From the NCBI GenBank assembly GCA_040437565.1, contig JBDOQK010000027.1:186001-250000 (forward strand): a stretch of 64,000 nucleotides of DNA, written 5' to 3'. The notes beneath the pieces are model-generated. The model worked only from the letters and a program-made list of their open reading frames with translations, had not been told where the DNA came from and did not search any database. The position numbers and the translations under genes were made by a program. The stretch comes from Albugo candida (taxonomy: Eukaryota). Shown here piece after piece: positions 1-13,515 of this stretch (position 1 is its first letter; the number at the start of each line of letters is the position of its first letter).

Positions 1-556
1 TGAGCAGAAGGATGCTGATGCAATTCCGACATGGTGTCAAAGTATCTACCCATTGATCGCCGATACAAGCAAGCGCGAACAGGTTATGGCTGCAATGGGG
101 CAACGAGACCGGCTGTCTGAAGGAGATGTTCATGCAGTACGGAATTTGTATCCGGAACTGAGAGAACGCCCACACAGAGCCTCTCATGTTGCGCATAACG
201 GAACAACTTTGGGTCGGTACTCGGTATACAGCCAATTAATTCCCAGCCGTTTGCATCGTCGTGATGATGTGATTACTCATGAGATTCGCAACCACGCTCA
301 CAGAAACTATCTGTACGGCAATCCTGATCCAAAACTTCTATATCGACATCAGTTTGCGACGTCTTTCGGAATCATGCTGACAGCATTCGGTATCATCCTA
401 TTTGGAAGCTACGCAATCGTCGAATGGAGAAGAAGAAGATACGATGGATGGAGAAAACATTTCGGAGATAACGACAGTAAAAATCTATTCGAAAATCGTG
501 TTGCTATGTCACATTACGGAGAATCCTTACTATCAGATAGAGTAATCTTTGATTAA
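1..556 (+). CDS. 3' end of an astacin-like (M12A) metallopeptidase with C-terminal transmembrane anchor (5'-partial)
   Basis: Frame open from base 2. MGQRDRLSEGDVHAVRNLY matches the astacin C-terminal GQRxxLSxxDxxxxxxLY motif. Hydrophobic segment FGIMLTAFGIILFGSYAIV is followed by RRRR. No HExxH zinc motif in the visible part. Confidence 0.6.
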   Translation, partial: EQKDADAIPTWCQSIYPLIADTSKREQVMAAMGQRDRLSEGDVHAVRNLYPELRERPHRASHVAHNGTTLGRYSVYSQLIPSRLHRRDDVITHEIRNHAHRNYLYGNPDPKLLYRHQFATSFGIMLTAFGIILFGSYAIVEWRRRRYDGWRKHFGDNDSKNLFENRVAMSHYGESLLSDRVIFD

Positions 557-622
557 GTAAGATAACTCGAGCTTTATATATCGACTCGATCCATCCAGTC
601 GATGGGAGATATGATGCCAGAG

Positions 623-1861
623 CTAAACAATTTTGACTTCCTGATGATTAAAAGAGGTCGTGGAACTCTTGATATCGGTGCCTAACGTGTCGCGGGATTT
701 CAAACCATTCTCTGATTTGATTCTCAATGTCGTAATTGTCGTTTGTTCGAATTTAGTGGCGATAGAATATGAATACACTCCGAACGTTACCAGTAGAATT
801 CCTGCCCAGTTCAAAAATGTGACATCTTCGCCAAATCTATAAATTGATAAGGTGATGAGGAATGTGCGCTTTACGCAATTCGTCACGCTGTGTGTGACAG
901 GAGATACCAAACTCATAAACGCATACGCGAACACGCTTTGTGAGTAAAACGCAAGACCAGCCAAAAACAGATGCAGGAAGTTATTTGATTTGTAAAATGC
1001 CAAGCTTTGCGACCTTGTAGAGGCTTCTTCGTTGTACAGCACACAGGATATCTGTAAGGCCGCTGCAATTACACTGGTATAGAGCTGAAGCTGAGAAGCG
1101 CTGCGCAAAGACCAGTGAGCTTTGAGTAAACTTTTCGGCCAAAAAAGGTTTTGCTTACGTGTAGGACCGATTCATTAGCTTCTTTGATAAAACATTTTGG
1201 ATACAATCTGCACAATTTGCAAGTAGCGCGGCCACAAAGCCAACCACATGAAACGATGCATCTGAGAGGCTGCACATTACAAGTCCTAAAACAATTGGGA
1301 ATAATGATGCGTTAACTCTCCAGCCTGTTCGCTGTCCGAGAAGCACATAGGTCAAGATCACGGTGAAAAATGGGCCCGATGATTTGATGGTTTCTATCAC
1401 ACAAAAGCAGAGTTCCGATAGTTGATAAGCAGTAAATCAATATACTCGTAACGTACGCGTAAAAGATACATTTATGTACTTCAAAGCAGTAAGTCCAAAC
1501 AAAATGGTTGCGACGCGAATAATGCCGAGAACTACGATGTCCTTGAGGCCGTCATTCCAAACACGACGGATACCGACTTTGCTTCCTGACCACCCCACTA
1601 GAGCTAATTCAGTGATCAGCCCTCCAAGAACGGACGTGCCTAACTGCGCCATAGACAGTTTATTTCGATCAATCTTTAAATCAGCCATAATATATCGATT
1701 CATCCACAAAGTGCTCAGACTTGACATGTACCATGCTACATTGTATCATTACGTATGCGCTGGCAAAGTACTGCATAAGTCACAATACCTGCTATACAAA
1801 GGATAACTTTTTGCCGATGAATCAAACGAAAAATGACGCGCAGAGTATCGTACGAATTCAT
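623..1861 (-). CDS. SLC35E/triose-phosphate-transporter family nucleotide-sugar transporter (multi-exon)
   Basis: Joined exons give multi-TM protein with INVSFT/ETIKSSGPFFTV, CIQNVLSKKLM and SPVTHSVTNCVKR motifs. Short GT-AG introns. ATG at 1861 inferred. Confidence 0.85.
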
Positions 1862-2080
1862 GTGCTGCATGCTTGTGATTGTAGAGTGCTAATATACGAA
1901 AGCTCAGCAAAAACTGAGGATGGGCAAATAACTAGTACATGTCGGTATAGGACGACATGCAGCTGCGCTATGTTCTGATACACTGATAATAAAGCCTCGG
2001 TACAGAAATAGATTGGAGCTTGCTTTAAAGCAAGCAATGGTTTGCGAAACATTTGTTTTTTATTTATCGTGCGACTCAGG

Positions 2081-2847
2081 ATGGGGTCTGGGGGTTCCGT
2101 GATCAAAGCAGCTGCCTATATTGAAAACGATCATGTCATTCCCTTCCACAATGAAGAACATGCCGAAGAGATAAAGACCACCAAAAGGTCGTTCTTCCAC
2201 AAGACTAAGAAGAGGAATCTACAGCCAGAAATTATTTCGTCTGGGAATCCTCAACTCAAAGCTGATTGTGAAGTCATACCCGTGAAGCAGAATGACACCT
2301 TAAACTCCAAAGGATTTGATTGCCGAAAGATAGAAGTTAGTAAGAGGCAAGCACAACCGGAATCACAGATGACTTCATCACAAGGACGTAAAACGTTGAA
2401 TTCTCCAACTAGCAGTGAAAAACATTTTTTTACATCTTCCGATGTACAAAAGACGCGGAAAGCTAAAGTAGAAAAGCCTAAACCGATCAAAAATGGAGGT
2501 TTACCTCCAGTCCTTATGGGGAATGCAACAGCTTCCGAAAACAAACAAGTCTCCAATATCAAGATCCCTGTAAGAAATGTACGTCTAGCCCATGTTATCA
2601 TCCTCATACTCCGACTAATCAACTTTTTTTCTTTTCACTATAGGCTTCGGCACTGCCGATACAAGCTCAAAATAATCATTCAGCTATGCAACTTGATTCC
2701 ATCAGCCTTGTTAATACAACATCAACTAGCTCAAGTGAGCAAGTCGTAAAAGCTCCGCCCCAAGGAGTACATCACACACCAGCATGGCTGGATGAAAGTG
2801 ATGAGAGCATGATGGATGAAATTCTCGATACAACTGTCGCTTGGTGA
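2081..2847 (+). CDS. Hypothetical low-complexity protein with MGSGGS N-terminus (possible N-myristoylation)
   Basis: ATG at 2081. A phase-0 GT..AG intron at 2579-2643 restores the frame to TGA at 2845-2847. Confidence 0.6.
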
Positions 2848-2992
2848 CTATACTGATTGCAAAGCTGAAAAAAGGAGTTTTATCATAGGAACGCGATCGA
2901 CGCACAAAGTATGGCCGCTTTGCTTGATTGTCAATTTATAGAATTTTGGTATCGAGCTAAAGTTAGAGGAGCAAAACATATATGACGATTCG

Positions 2993-5664
2993 ATGCTTTT
3001 GTTCGGTGGCAAGCTTATAGGATTTACTGCTGACCTCGAAGAATCCTCGCAAACAAATCAGACAGACTTCTACTCTCAAGTCGACGTGCATACACCTAAT
3101 AACGTTCTTATCGCGCATGCTGGCGCCGCTCACAATGATACTTGCCGAGGGAGGACTCACCACAAAACCTCAAAAGCGAAGCGTATAAATGTACTTGGCG
3201 CTTCACGTAAGAAAAGATCCGATCACTCGTTTAGAAAGCAAGGAGATTGGCTTTTGGGACCGCTTACGACTGAAGACTGCAACCAGCCTCAACCCGTACT
3301 TCGCCTTCCTTCGATTCCAAAACAAGGAAACAATACAACTTCCCGAGTGCGATCAGTGGAGAACTGTTTTGCTGACATGTACTTATGTGCTGTTTGTCTT
3401 TTAGATTCTTGGCCGAACGAATGATCTGCAAATGGCATACATAGGATCAAAAGCTTCTAGTCATCTCAAGCGATCGAAAACTACAAAATCTCACAAGACT
3501 TATAGAGAGCCACAAAATCTGAGAATGATTTTGCAGAAAGAGTTACAGCTTTCACTGGATCATGTCAGCGAATTGAACAAACAGGTTCAATCGGATATCA
3601 TCCAAGCACGGGAAATTTGTCCAGCTGGAGATAGTTTTGTGCTGGTGCGTCTATCGAACTTGTTTTTTATTTGCGATACCTTTTAATGAACAAAATCTAG
3701 CAACGCATGATGCAGAAATGGGGCTGCTCTAAAATCGAAACTTTCCTTGGCCGACTTGTGCATGCTAAACAGTGTCTTGTTTTTCAAAAGTGGAAGCAGT
3801 TTGCTCAATTTGAGCGCAGGGCTGAGATCATTCTCACGCAGAAGCATTTGGGTATTAAACGTATGGAAGTGGTCGCCTTAAAGTGGCTCAAACGAAGGCT
3901 AGCATCCGCGTGGAAGGTTTGGATGCAATTCGTGCTGGAAGAATTTGCCAGGGAACACGCTGCTTTAGAAGCACGGGCCGCTGGACGCTTGCACCGAACC
4001 ATCCGAGGGTATATGGCTCGACAAATACGAAGAAAACGTCAAGTAGTAGCGAAGCAGATAAGGGCTGCTGTGACGATTCAGACTTGTTCTCGACAACACT
4101 TTAAACATCGGATCCTATTAAGACAGCAGTCTCAACAAAAGGCTGCATTACTTAGGCAACTGAGATGTCGTATTTACACCGCACGATTTATGCAAAATAT
4201 CAGGAATCGCTGCATTCGAAAGCACACGAATGCAACCAGAATAGAAGCGCTTTATCGAGGCTACAACGCCCGTCGGCAATACATGCGTCTTTGGAACGCA
4301 AAACGACGTAATGTTGCCGCCAATAAAATTCAGATGCGCTTTCGAAGGTACATGCTTGTGGCTCGGAAGGAAAGATTAAAAGTCAAACAGCGTCAGGAAA
4401 GGATTGAAATGCTGATTGACAACTGGTATCGAATGTGTCGCGCAAAGATAATTGCAAAACGATTGAAGCGGAGATTAGCATCACAAGCTCAAATCAGACG
4501 GAATACCGCATTACGGATTCAACGAGTGTATCGTGGACATCGGTAGGATGAATTTGTCATTTATCGACGTGTGGATGGATATTGATCAAGCTTTGTTAGT
4601 GCCCGTCTTGGGAGTGTATTAAGACATGTGGTCGCACTTGAAAACAATCGAAAACTAGCACCGAAAGCGATAAAGATACAATGCCTCTTACGATCCCATT
4701 TCGCTCGAAATCAAGTCAAACGGAGACGAAATGCATTGCGAAAAAAGATGATTCATCAAGCCCAACTTTGCAAAGAGTATTGGAGTGAGGATGATGCCGT
4801 CTGGTTTTACCATGATCACCAGGTATGAGCCTTACCAATTTGCCTGAGATCCATTGCTGACAACGTATATTTGGAACAAGTCTGGAGCATCATATTGGGT
4901 GCCACCAGCACTCGGGTACACCAAGGCAGATGGGAGTCTCGTGCTACAAAATGGCAAAATCATCGAGGACCCGCTAACGATACAAGTCGGACTAAATTTA
5001 GATGCCGACTTGATGTCGAAAAGTGAAGACACGACCATTGATGCTCAAAGTCATAGTCGAATATGTATCGAATGCGATCAACAAACAGCTTCTCGCGAAT
5101 GTGAGCAATGTGAAGATGTTTNNNNNNNNNNNNNNNNNNNNNNNNNNNNNNNNNNNNNNNNNNNNNNNNNNNNNNNNNNNNNNNNNNNNNNNNNNNNNNN
5201 NNNNNNNNNNNNNNNNNNNNNCCGACTTGATGTCGAAAAGTGAAGACACGACCATTGATGCTCAAAGTCATAGTCGAATATGTATCGAATGCGATCAACA
5301 AACAGCTTCTCGCGAATGTGAGCAATGTGAAGATGTTTTCTGCGGCGCTTGCTTCATGAAATTGCATAATTCATCGCACCGTGAATCGCATACGTGGAAA
5401 GCGCTCGGTGTTCTTCGTTGTGCTGAATGTGATCGATTTCAAGCTACGAGGTTTTGCGTGAGCTGTAAAGACCCTTATTGTCTTGGCTGCTTTACTATTA
5501 TACACTTGAAAGGGTTGAAGCAGGAACACGAATGGATTGATTGCGTCGAACGGACAAAGATGGATGCATTTCTATCTGTACCGGCCACAATCGAGGAAGA
5601 TACACAAACCTTTGACGAGTTTGTGCAATCAAACGAATTTGAGTATATGAGTAGCGGGAAATAG
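2993..5664 (+). CDS. IQ-motif, WW-like and B-box zinc-finger protein (multi-exon; start uncertain; spans N gap)
   Basis: Repeated IQxxxRGxxxR-like motifs. WW-like EYWSEDDAVWFYHDHQ/SGASYWVPP. Two CxxCxxxxAxxxCxxCxDxxCxxCFxxxH B-box-like units. Confidence 0.75.
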
Positions 5665-5710
5665 AGAAGATGGGAGTACAGGACCAAAGGCTTCCATGAT
5701 ATCAACATTA

Positions 5711-7586
5711 TCAATGAATACGGAAGTTTTGTGTAAAGGATTCTCCTTGGGGAGTGATCCATGTGATGGTGATATCTAAAAAGCGACTATTGTTGGCATT
5801 TCGACGCAGAATCCATGTGCCCTTGATAATCTGATTTGCTTGCACACGGAATGGACAATCGATCATGAAGAAAACTTGTTGCCAATGCGTAGGAGGTCCT
5901 TCAACACCGGTAGTGAACGATTCGACTTGCACGCAATCCCGAATGAATGCAATATCAAAGCTTGAGACAAATCCTTCAAATAAACCAGAGCGATTGATTC
6001 GCAGCTTGAATTCCAAAGTAGAGTCGAAGAGTTGTTCGATTTTCACAGTGTTCACATCAACTCGAGAAAGCAAGCAGCGATCTGTGAGAATCGCCTGAGG
6101 ATACACGAGTTCCACGAATCCATTTTCTGTATTTATTTTGGATTGAACGGCGGTCATGTTGAATCCGTACACATCTTTCCAAAAGCCTTTGCGATTTTTT
6201 GGATCTTGAGCTCCTTGGAGGTAAAGACTCGCAGAATCTGGAAACACATGGCCGCAAGTTTGTTCCCCTATATCCGATTTGAGCCATTTGTCTCGAGCGA
6301 ATAAGACAGTATCCAGCATCGACTCATAGAACAAGCAATAGCCCATCCATTCGGAAATAATGATGTCCACGTGATCAACTGGAAGCTTCACGTCTTCGAC
6401 TCGACCCTTGAGTATGTTTATTTTCGATGCGAATCCGTTTGCTTCCACAATTTGCTGTGCAATATGGCCGAATTCGCTGCAATCAATGCCTATAACTTGT
6501 GCTGCTCCTGCTTGCGCGGCAAACATGCTTAGAATACCAGTTCCGCAGCCAACATCTAGAACAATCTTATCCTTATACAGGTGTGCATTATTAAGTATTG
6601 CATTACGATAAGCTTCGGTTCGAACTCGATCCGTGAGCATCTCGTAATGTATACCGACGTGAGAGTATGAATCAAAATAGTACGCATCTAACTCATCGAC
6701 TTTGAATTTGACTTGCTTTGCCTTTTTTTGCGTGTTGGCTTTCACGACATCAGTACCGTTTTTTTCTTCGTTGTCGCACGTNNNNNNNNNNNNNNNNNNN
6801 NNNNNNNNNNNNNNNNNNNNNNNNNNNNNNNNNNNNNNNNNNNNNNNNNNNNNNNNNNNNNNNNNNNNNNNNNNNNNNNNNTGCATTACGATAAGCTTCG
6901 GTTCGAACTCGATCCGTGAGCATCTCGTAATGTATACCGACGTGAGAGTATGAATCAAAATAGTACGCATCTAACTCATCGACTTTGAATTTGACTTGCT
7001 TTGCCTTTTTTTGCGTGTTGGCTTTCACGACATCAGTACCGTTTTTTTCTTCGTTGTCGCACGTAAGTTTATATATGAAAGCCTTCATATTTGCTGTCTG
7101 ATTTCGGAATGCCTCATTTTCTGCTTTTAGTTTGTCTACGTCCTCGCTCGTCGAATGGGTAGACACTGAGACCTGGGAGGTGGTAGTTCCATTCACGTCT
7201 TCGTTTTCACTGTCCTCTTCATCGTCATACAAACTGTAAAGAACAGCATCATTCTGAAGTACGGGCGTAAAGTATTTTTCATCAGTAAATTCGGCGACTC
7301 CGTTCTTTTCTAATTGATTCCAGATTGATTTTGAAGTAAGGCCTTTTTGAGAATTAGACCGAATATAATTGATCAGTCGAATCATGGCGTAATGGTCTAA
7401 ATTCCAGCGTGTGAATAGTTCTTGCAAAAAGAAGCTGTGTGATTCGATTAGGTGAGCATGGAAGGTGGTAATACAGGATATGGTATCACTGCAAAAAAGA
7501 CATTGTAGTACACCATGTCTTGTAGATTCGTCTCGTTCGTCGTCTTCAATCCAATCGTTCCAAGACTCGGTATCACTGGAGCTCAT
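5711..7586 (-). CDS. PRMT3: Protein arginine N-methyltransferase 3-like (N-terminal C2H2-like finger); gap-flanking duplication inside
   Basis: YFDSYSH, VLDVGCGTGILSMFAA, SEWMGYCLFYESML and THWQQ motifs. N-terminal CLFC...H...H finger with LDHYAMIRLINYIR. Confidence 0.9.
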
Positions 7587-7705
7587 GGCGAATTCAATTA
7601 AGTATTATTTCTGACGAATTCGACATACTTGACAAGGAGATGGTATATTCCTACTGTTAGAAAATGTCACGAATTGACTGCAAAAGCTATATCGATGATT
7701 TATTG

Positions 7706-8624
7706 TCAGAAGCAGCATCCATCGTTGCTTTCTTCTGATTGTTCATCGACCCGAAATTTTGTTCCGTTGGCTACATCTAGTCTATCTTCACCCTCGGCTA
7801 AACGCTGTTGTATATCTACTGCAATGGCATGAAATGCTGCGTCGATGTTGATATTACTCTTTGCACTCGTTTCGAAAAAATGAATCCCAAACTCATCAGC
7901 TAGCTCCTGACCCTGTTGCGTTGTAACGGCCTATATCCAATCGAGCATGAGTGAGCATATAGGACGCTTTCTATGGGTCACTATGATACACTTTACCCGC
8001 TCAGAAGAATCGACGTCACATTTATTTCCTATTAGAATCTTGTTCACATTGGTAGAAGCATTTTGCTTGATTTGTGTCATCCAATTTCGAATGTCTATTC
8101 AGGAGACAGTTCAGAGTAATACATTGAACCACACAGTGCAAGCAAACGCTTGGCCTACTTTGAAACGAGTGATCATCGGTCACGTCATACACCATCAGAA
8201 TGCCCATGGCTCCACGATAATACGCTATCAAGTCGTAATGAGTGGCCAGTCTAGCTTATTGCGCGTTTCACCTGTTGTGATGGTGCGAAAGCGTTCCTGG
8301 CCGGCGGTATCCCATATCTGTAACTTGATGCGCTTTCCATTCAGATTGATAGTTTTGACCTTAAAATCAATGCTACGATAGACGATTATTACAATTGTGA
8401 AAAAACATTTTATCTCATAGTCGTACCCAATTGTCGTGATAAATGACGTTGTAAAGGAGTCATCCGAGTATCGCAGTAAGACACAGCTCTTTCCCACTCC
8501 TTTTGATCAACAAGAAACAACTTTGATAATGACAAAATGCATCTGATCTTTGTTATTACATACCGCTATCTCCTATGAGCAACAATTTGACAAGCAAGTC
8601 GTATTTGCTGCTACTATGCACCAT
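7706..8624 (-). CDS. RAB8: Rab8/RabE-type small GTPase (multi-exon)
   Basis: [12 protein letters not shown], effector loop [41 protein letters not shown] and C-terminal GCCF prenylation motif. Confidence 0.9.
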
Positions 8625-8696
8625 GGAGATGATTCTGACCTTTTGGCTCTCTGTTCCTGTAACGAGTACCGGATTATTTTCAATAAAAGCCCCACA

Positions 8697-10188
8697 CTAA
8701 CAAGTATCGCACTTGATGGAAGATTGGCGTCTCGGTCTGAACCGAAAATTGGAGCCATTGCGAGGATGCTTTGCGTTTTTTTCGATAGATTGACGCAGTA
8801 ACGTTCCACAAACGCAACAATAGTTGGCATCAGACTGATGCAAACGGCGCAAGCAGCGCGGGCAGTCGATTGATTCGGTAAAAACGTCACCATCTGATGG
8901 CTGATTTAACATCAATGGGCATGCAAGAAAGCCGTATCCCGCAAACATGACAACCGTAGCCAGTAAACGTCCGGGTATAGTGGTCGGAGCGATGTCACCG
9001 TAGCCAACTGTCGTAATTGTTACCACTGTCCAGTATAATGAGACCGGAATGTTAGAGAATCCGGTATTTCCACCTTCGATCAGATACATTGCACAACCAA
9101 TCACTAGTATCATTGTAAATAAACCGACCAGAAAGACAGTGATTCTTCGTTTGTTGTGGTGTATATTTTCTTGCAATGCAGCTGCTGCATCGACAAAGCG
9201 ACCAAGACGAAGAATCCGAAATACTTTCATGACCCGAAATATTCGTAATACCGCCAAATGAATTAATGGACGAGAACTAGCCATCATAAAACCTGGTAAA
9301 AAAAGCCTCAGATATAATGCTTAGTATCACTATTGTGACTCTTACCCAAATACGTGGGCACCAGCGCGGCCAAATCGATCACACCCAGTAGACTAAGAAC
9401 ATACTCTTGTGGTTTCTGCAAACACATCACTCGCAGGAAATATTCAGCTGAGAATATGAGTGTAAAGAAAAATTCAAGTGCCAGTAAAACGCTGCCCACT
9501 TCCAAACTAAACAAAACAAAATTTTCAGCAACTGAGTAGGCTTGATTTGAAAATAAATCGTCCAAAACTCACCGAATGGATTCGACACTGTCCAAAATAG
9601 CTACACGTTTCAATATGATCAGCCAAATCAGCAAACATCTGGTATCTGGCAAAAATTACCGATTGTGACGCTAATTGAGACCATTATCAATAAGAAAAGG
9701 GCCGTGCGCTGTCCTGTTGGACTGCTGCTCTGAAACATCATTTGATACACTGTTGTCCAGCCGGACTTGGGACCACACCGTATATCTTGGTCCACGACAT
9801 ATCCATTTACGCGAAATCGTTTGTCCCGAGAAGAGATCATCCCATGACTCTTCCTTCTTTCAGCCCCAAAACTGCCCGCGGCTGCTCTTCGCGTGCGCTG
9901 ATGTCCATGCCGACCAAACGTCGGGTCGTCCATCGGAAATTGATTTGCACGAAATATAATCTGCTCCATCCCCTCGGATTCTTTGGGCGTGAGTTTTTCA
10001 TCTTTCTCGACACGATTTAAAAATGCTTTTGACGATATTGCTGACAGACAGTATAGTGACTCGGTAGATGCACGACGCTTACGTCCCAGCTCAATATCCC
10101 CATGATTTTGTTCGTTCTGTGCAAGTCTTGGTGTTGTATCTGCATCCTTTATGTCTCTGGCTCGATCATATAATCCGTCGGGGTCCAT
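8697..10188 (-). CDS. Voltage-gated potassium channel (6TM) with C-terminal CxxC...CxxC tail
   Basis: Selectivity filter TTVGYGD, S4 LRIFRVMKVFRILRLGR, tail CPRC...CCVCG, multiple short introns. Confidence 0.9.
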
Positions 10189-10453
10189 ATTCGCCAGCAG
10201 AAACTATTCAGTTCAAGTCGCGACAAATATTATCGCACCATAAATAGCCAATCACACACGTTGTAGAAACTCGATATTCTTTTGCAAAAATGGACGCAAA
10301 ACATGTACAAATTCAGATGTTAAACAGAGATCAAGAGCGTTTGCAACCTGGTTTCACTTTCTAGATTTATACAACTTTATCACGCTGAGATGCAAAACCT
10401 ATAGCTAATAGCACTATCCGCTCGTATCATACGGTTTACTGATTGCAATTCTA

Positions 10454-13400
10454 TCACTTGTCAGAGTATAGCGGACGATTAGCTGTCTCTAAACCCGACT
10501 GCGACCTCCGACGTCGAGGATGTTGAACTACTTCCTTACGCCACATGTTTGCCGATTGAGCGTCTAGAAATGCACGTGTGGGATAAAAAGTATCAGCATC
10601 ATTGGTATCTCCATGTTGCGCCAGTCGGTAACATCGTTTGCAGTGCTCTTGCTCTAATTCTCGCCTGGTGATAATTCCACATACATTGTTGCATCGATTT
10701 ACTACGATCAAATGACGTAGACCCATGCTACGGAACAATCGATACGCTCGTGTGAAGGGTGCATCTTCTTGAATGAGATATGGAGTTTGATTCATATATG
10801 GCGTCAGATCGACCCAATGCTGCCTGTCTTCCTCTTGGATACTATACGGTTGCCCATCGTCTGCTTCTATGCCCGCCTTCAACCCAAATGAAATAACGGG
10901 AATTGGATAGCGAGGATACGACACTTCCATATCGTGGTATGAGAGACAAGAACCATGAGGTAGACCACTATCCAAGTCGACGCAAATGGGTGACTGGTTG
11001 GTTCCCAATAATGCTAAATGATCTCGGGGAGATTTCGTCTCGTTCGTTGCGACTTCCTCGACTGAATCTGGCTCGTTGTGATGCCCAAATGAACCTGACC
11101 ATCCATTGTATGGATGTGTTCGAGGATGACGACTGAACGGCCGAGGTTTCTCAGCGCTAAAATCTTGCTGACATAATATAACATTAAGCTGTTTTCGCAA
11201 TATGATTCCGGCAAAAAAGCGATTTCCAAAATCTGGGTCTTCCACAACTACTGGAAATGCATTGTGTTTGGTAGTGGTAAGCAGATCAAAAATCACGCCC
11301 ACACGTTCGATCATATATAAGCATTTCGGATGAGGTTTCATGATGTGTTTGACACGAAGAAATGATCCAGGAAGTGGAGGATTCCAGTCCAAAAAAGGTA
11401 CATGGCGCAAATGGATGTGGATATCGTAAATCCCTTCATTGAACGCATTACCAACCCAGCGAGCGAAAAAGGATGTGAGGATTAGCGGAAGCCCATACTC
11501 AACATTTCCGGTGCATTCCAAGATGATAACCGTCAGAGAAATCGTCATTCGAGTCACACCGCCCAACATAGCCGCGCTACCCACAAGCCCATACGTTCGA
11601 GGATCCACGATCTTTACGTGACCCCAATGCGAATAAAAGTTAATAACGCGAGTCCACAGTCGACCATAAGCGGCGCCAATCAATAGTGCAGGAATGAATA
11701 ATCCACTTGGAACTTTGATTCCATAGGTGATACATGCCAATGTTAGCATCAATACCCAGAAAAGTATGAGGTTTTGTACACTGAACGCATTTGGAGGAGC
11801 GTGGAAGAGATGCTTTATAGCAACTTCACCGGAAGTCAACAAAAGCGATGCGAGATCATTGTAATATCCTTTCGGGCAATAGAAGCGACTCAATTCCTTC
11901 TTGTAAGGATACTCAATCGTCTCATCCGCGTGAAAGCAGTCGGCTCCATCCAATGCAATATCCACGCAACTTTCGCAGATACATGCGGTTGTATTCCGAC
12001 GCATTGATTCCATTGCAAAAGTAAAAGCTTTACTGGTGGCAACACCACCAGGTTGTACGATACTGGACAAATCGTGATTGCGAGGTAAGGGACGACATTC
12101 GCCAAATAAGAAAGGAGCAGCAAAGCTCAATGAGGTCACAAGTAGCGAGATTAGAATCGCTTCCACGAACGCAACCCGAGAGGAGTTGACCCAACGAGAC
12201 CGAACTCTAGCAATTCGTGTGTTGACAGCATTGAACAGAGCTCCTTGCAGACCACCACCGATGCCCATCATAATGAAAACAGGAACCTCCCACAATTGGT
12301 ACGTTGAGGAAGTGAATGGACCGAATGTAAAAGACCCTGTATGACTCCCTAAAGTCCCCCAAGACAGATTGTCATTCATACCGGACAGAAAGAAAGCTAA
12401 TGTGAACGTAGCTGCCATCGCGCAAAATAAAGTTCGCCAAGTAAGCGTCTGATTCCAGAACGAAGCCCCTTCTTCCAATACGAACATAACGCCACCAATA
12501 GGAGCTCCAAATGCCGCAGCAACTCCAGCTGCGGCTCCACATGCAGCAAAATCTCGTTTTTCTCGATCATTACGAAAGGCTGTAAAATGAGTAAAGCTAT
12601 AGAAAAAATACTTTAGCGAACAGCAAACGCATCACTCTGATTTCCAGCATCAAACCTCGTATCATAGCCGAGTGCCGACGACTTTCCTTGCGACAATCCC
12701 GCAGCCACAATTGCGCCACTTTCATTGAAGCAGTGAGTGTGGAAGAGCGATAATTGGCAGTAAATATTCAGTACCTGTGTATCATTGGACCTTCTTTTCC
12801 GACGGGAAGACCTCCAGAAACCGCGAAAATGGTTCCGACTATCTTCGTGATGCACGTCCGTAATCGTAGCATCCTTGGAATCTTCATCCCTGAAGAGTAG
12901 AGTGCCAGGATTCATTTGTGCATGGCGTAACCAAAATGGAGAAAAATTGTACCGTTTAGCATCGTTTTGACTTCTGATATACCCGAACCAGCTGCTACAG
13001 GCTCCCAGAAACTCGTGAGGATTGCAGCTACTGATACGAATGCAACGTTGCATCCAACAATAGCCCAGAAAGCGCTTCCGAAAATGACAGTCTGATTGAG
13101 CTCGGCATGAATGACTGCCTCTAATAGCTTATCTTTTGTTGATATCAAATACTTTGTACAAAATAATAGCAACACTGCAACCAGAGAAGTTATCATCCCG
13201 GTTAGAAGCGTTACAAACCATCGCACATAAACGAGTCGACGCTGTTCTTGACCAGCTGTGTACATGAACTTTGCGCCTGGGCCAGAAGTTCGAATGAGAA
13301 CTGCGAGAGGTGATATGAGATATTACGATATCAAAGGAAAACTACCATTTTTGTTCACAACACTTTCGAAAAGGTCTAAATATGAAAAGTGTTGCACGCA

Positions 13401-13515
13401 GTGAGAGAAACATAAACAGTTAGAGGTCTTGCTTTGTCTGTAGGTTTGCTTTTTAGTTGAAAGACCAGCACGTACCATAATCCAAGCTTTCCAAGTCCGT
13501 GTGCTTCCACAGCAT
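10454..13515 (-). CDS. CLC-6/7-like chloride channel/H+ antiporter with CBS domains (5' end uncertain)
   Basis: ESLDYD, GSGISE, GKEGPM, GLFIP, GVTRMTISL and EGIYDIHI motifs plus C-terminal CBS pair. Confidence 0.92.

Noticed and set aside
6592-7070. Internal domain duplication in PRMT3 (likewise in the GH5 and B-box genes)
   Set aside because: Exact copies flank 100-N spacers, indicating artefacts.
10903-12344. Antisense ORFs over CLC and other genes
   Set aside because: Shadow ORFs of well-supported opposite-strand genes.
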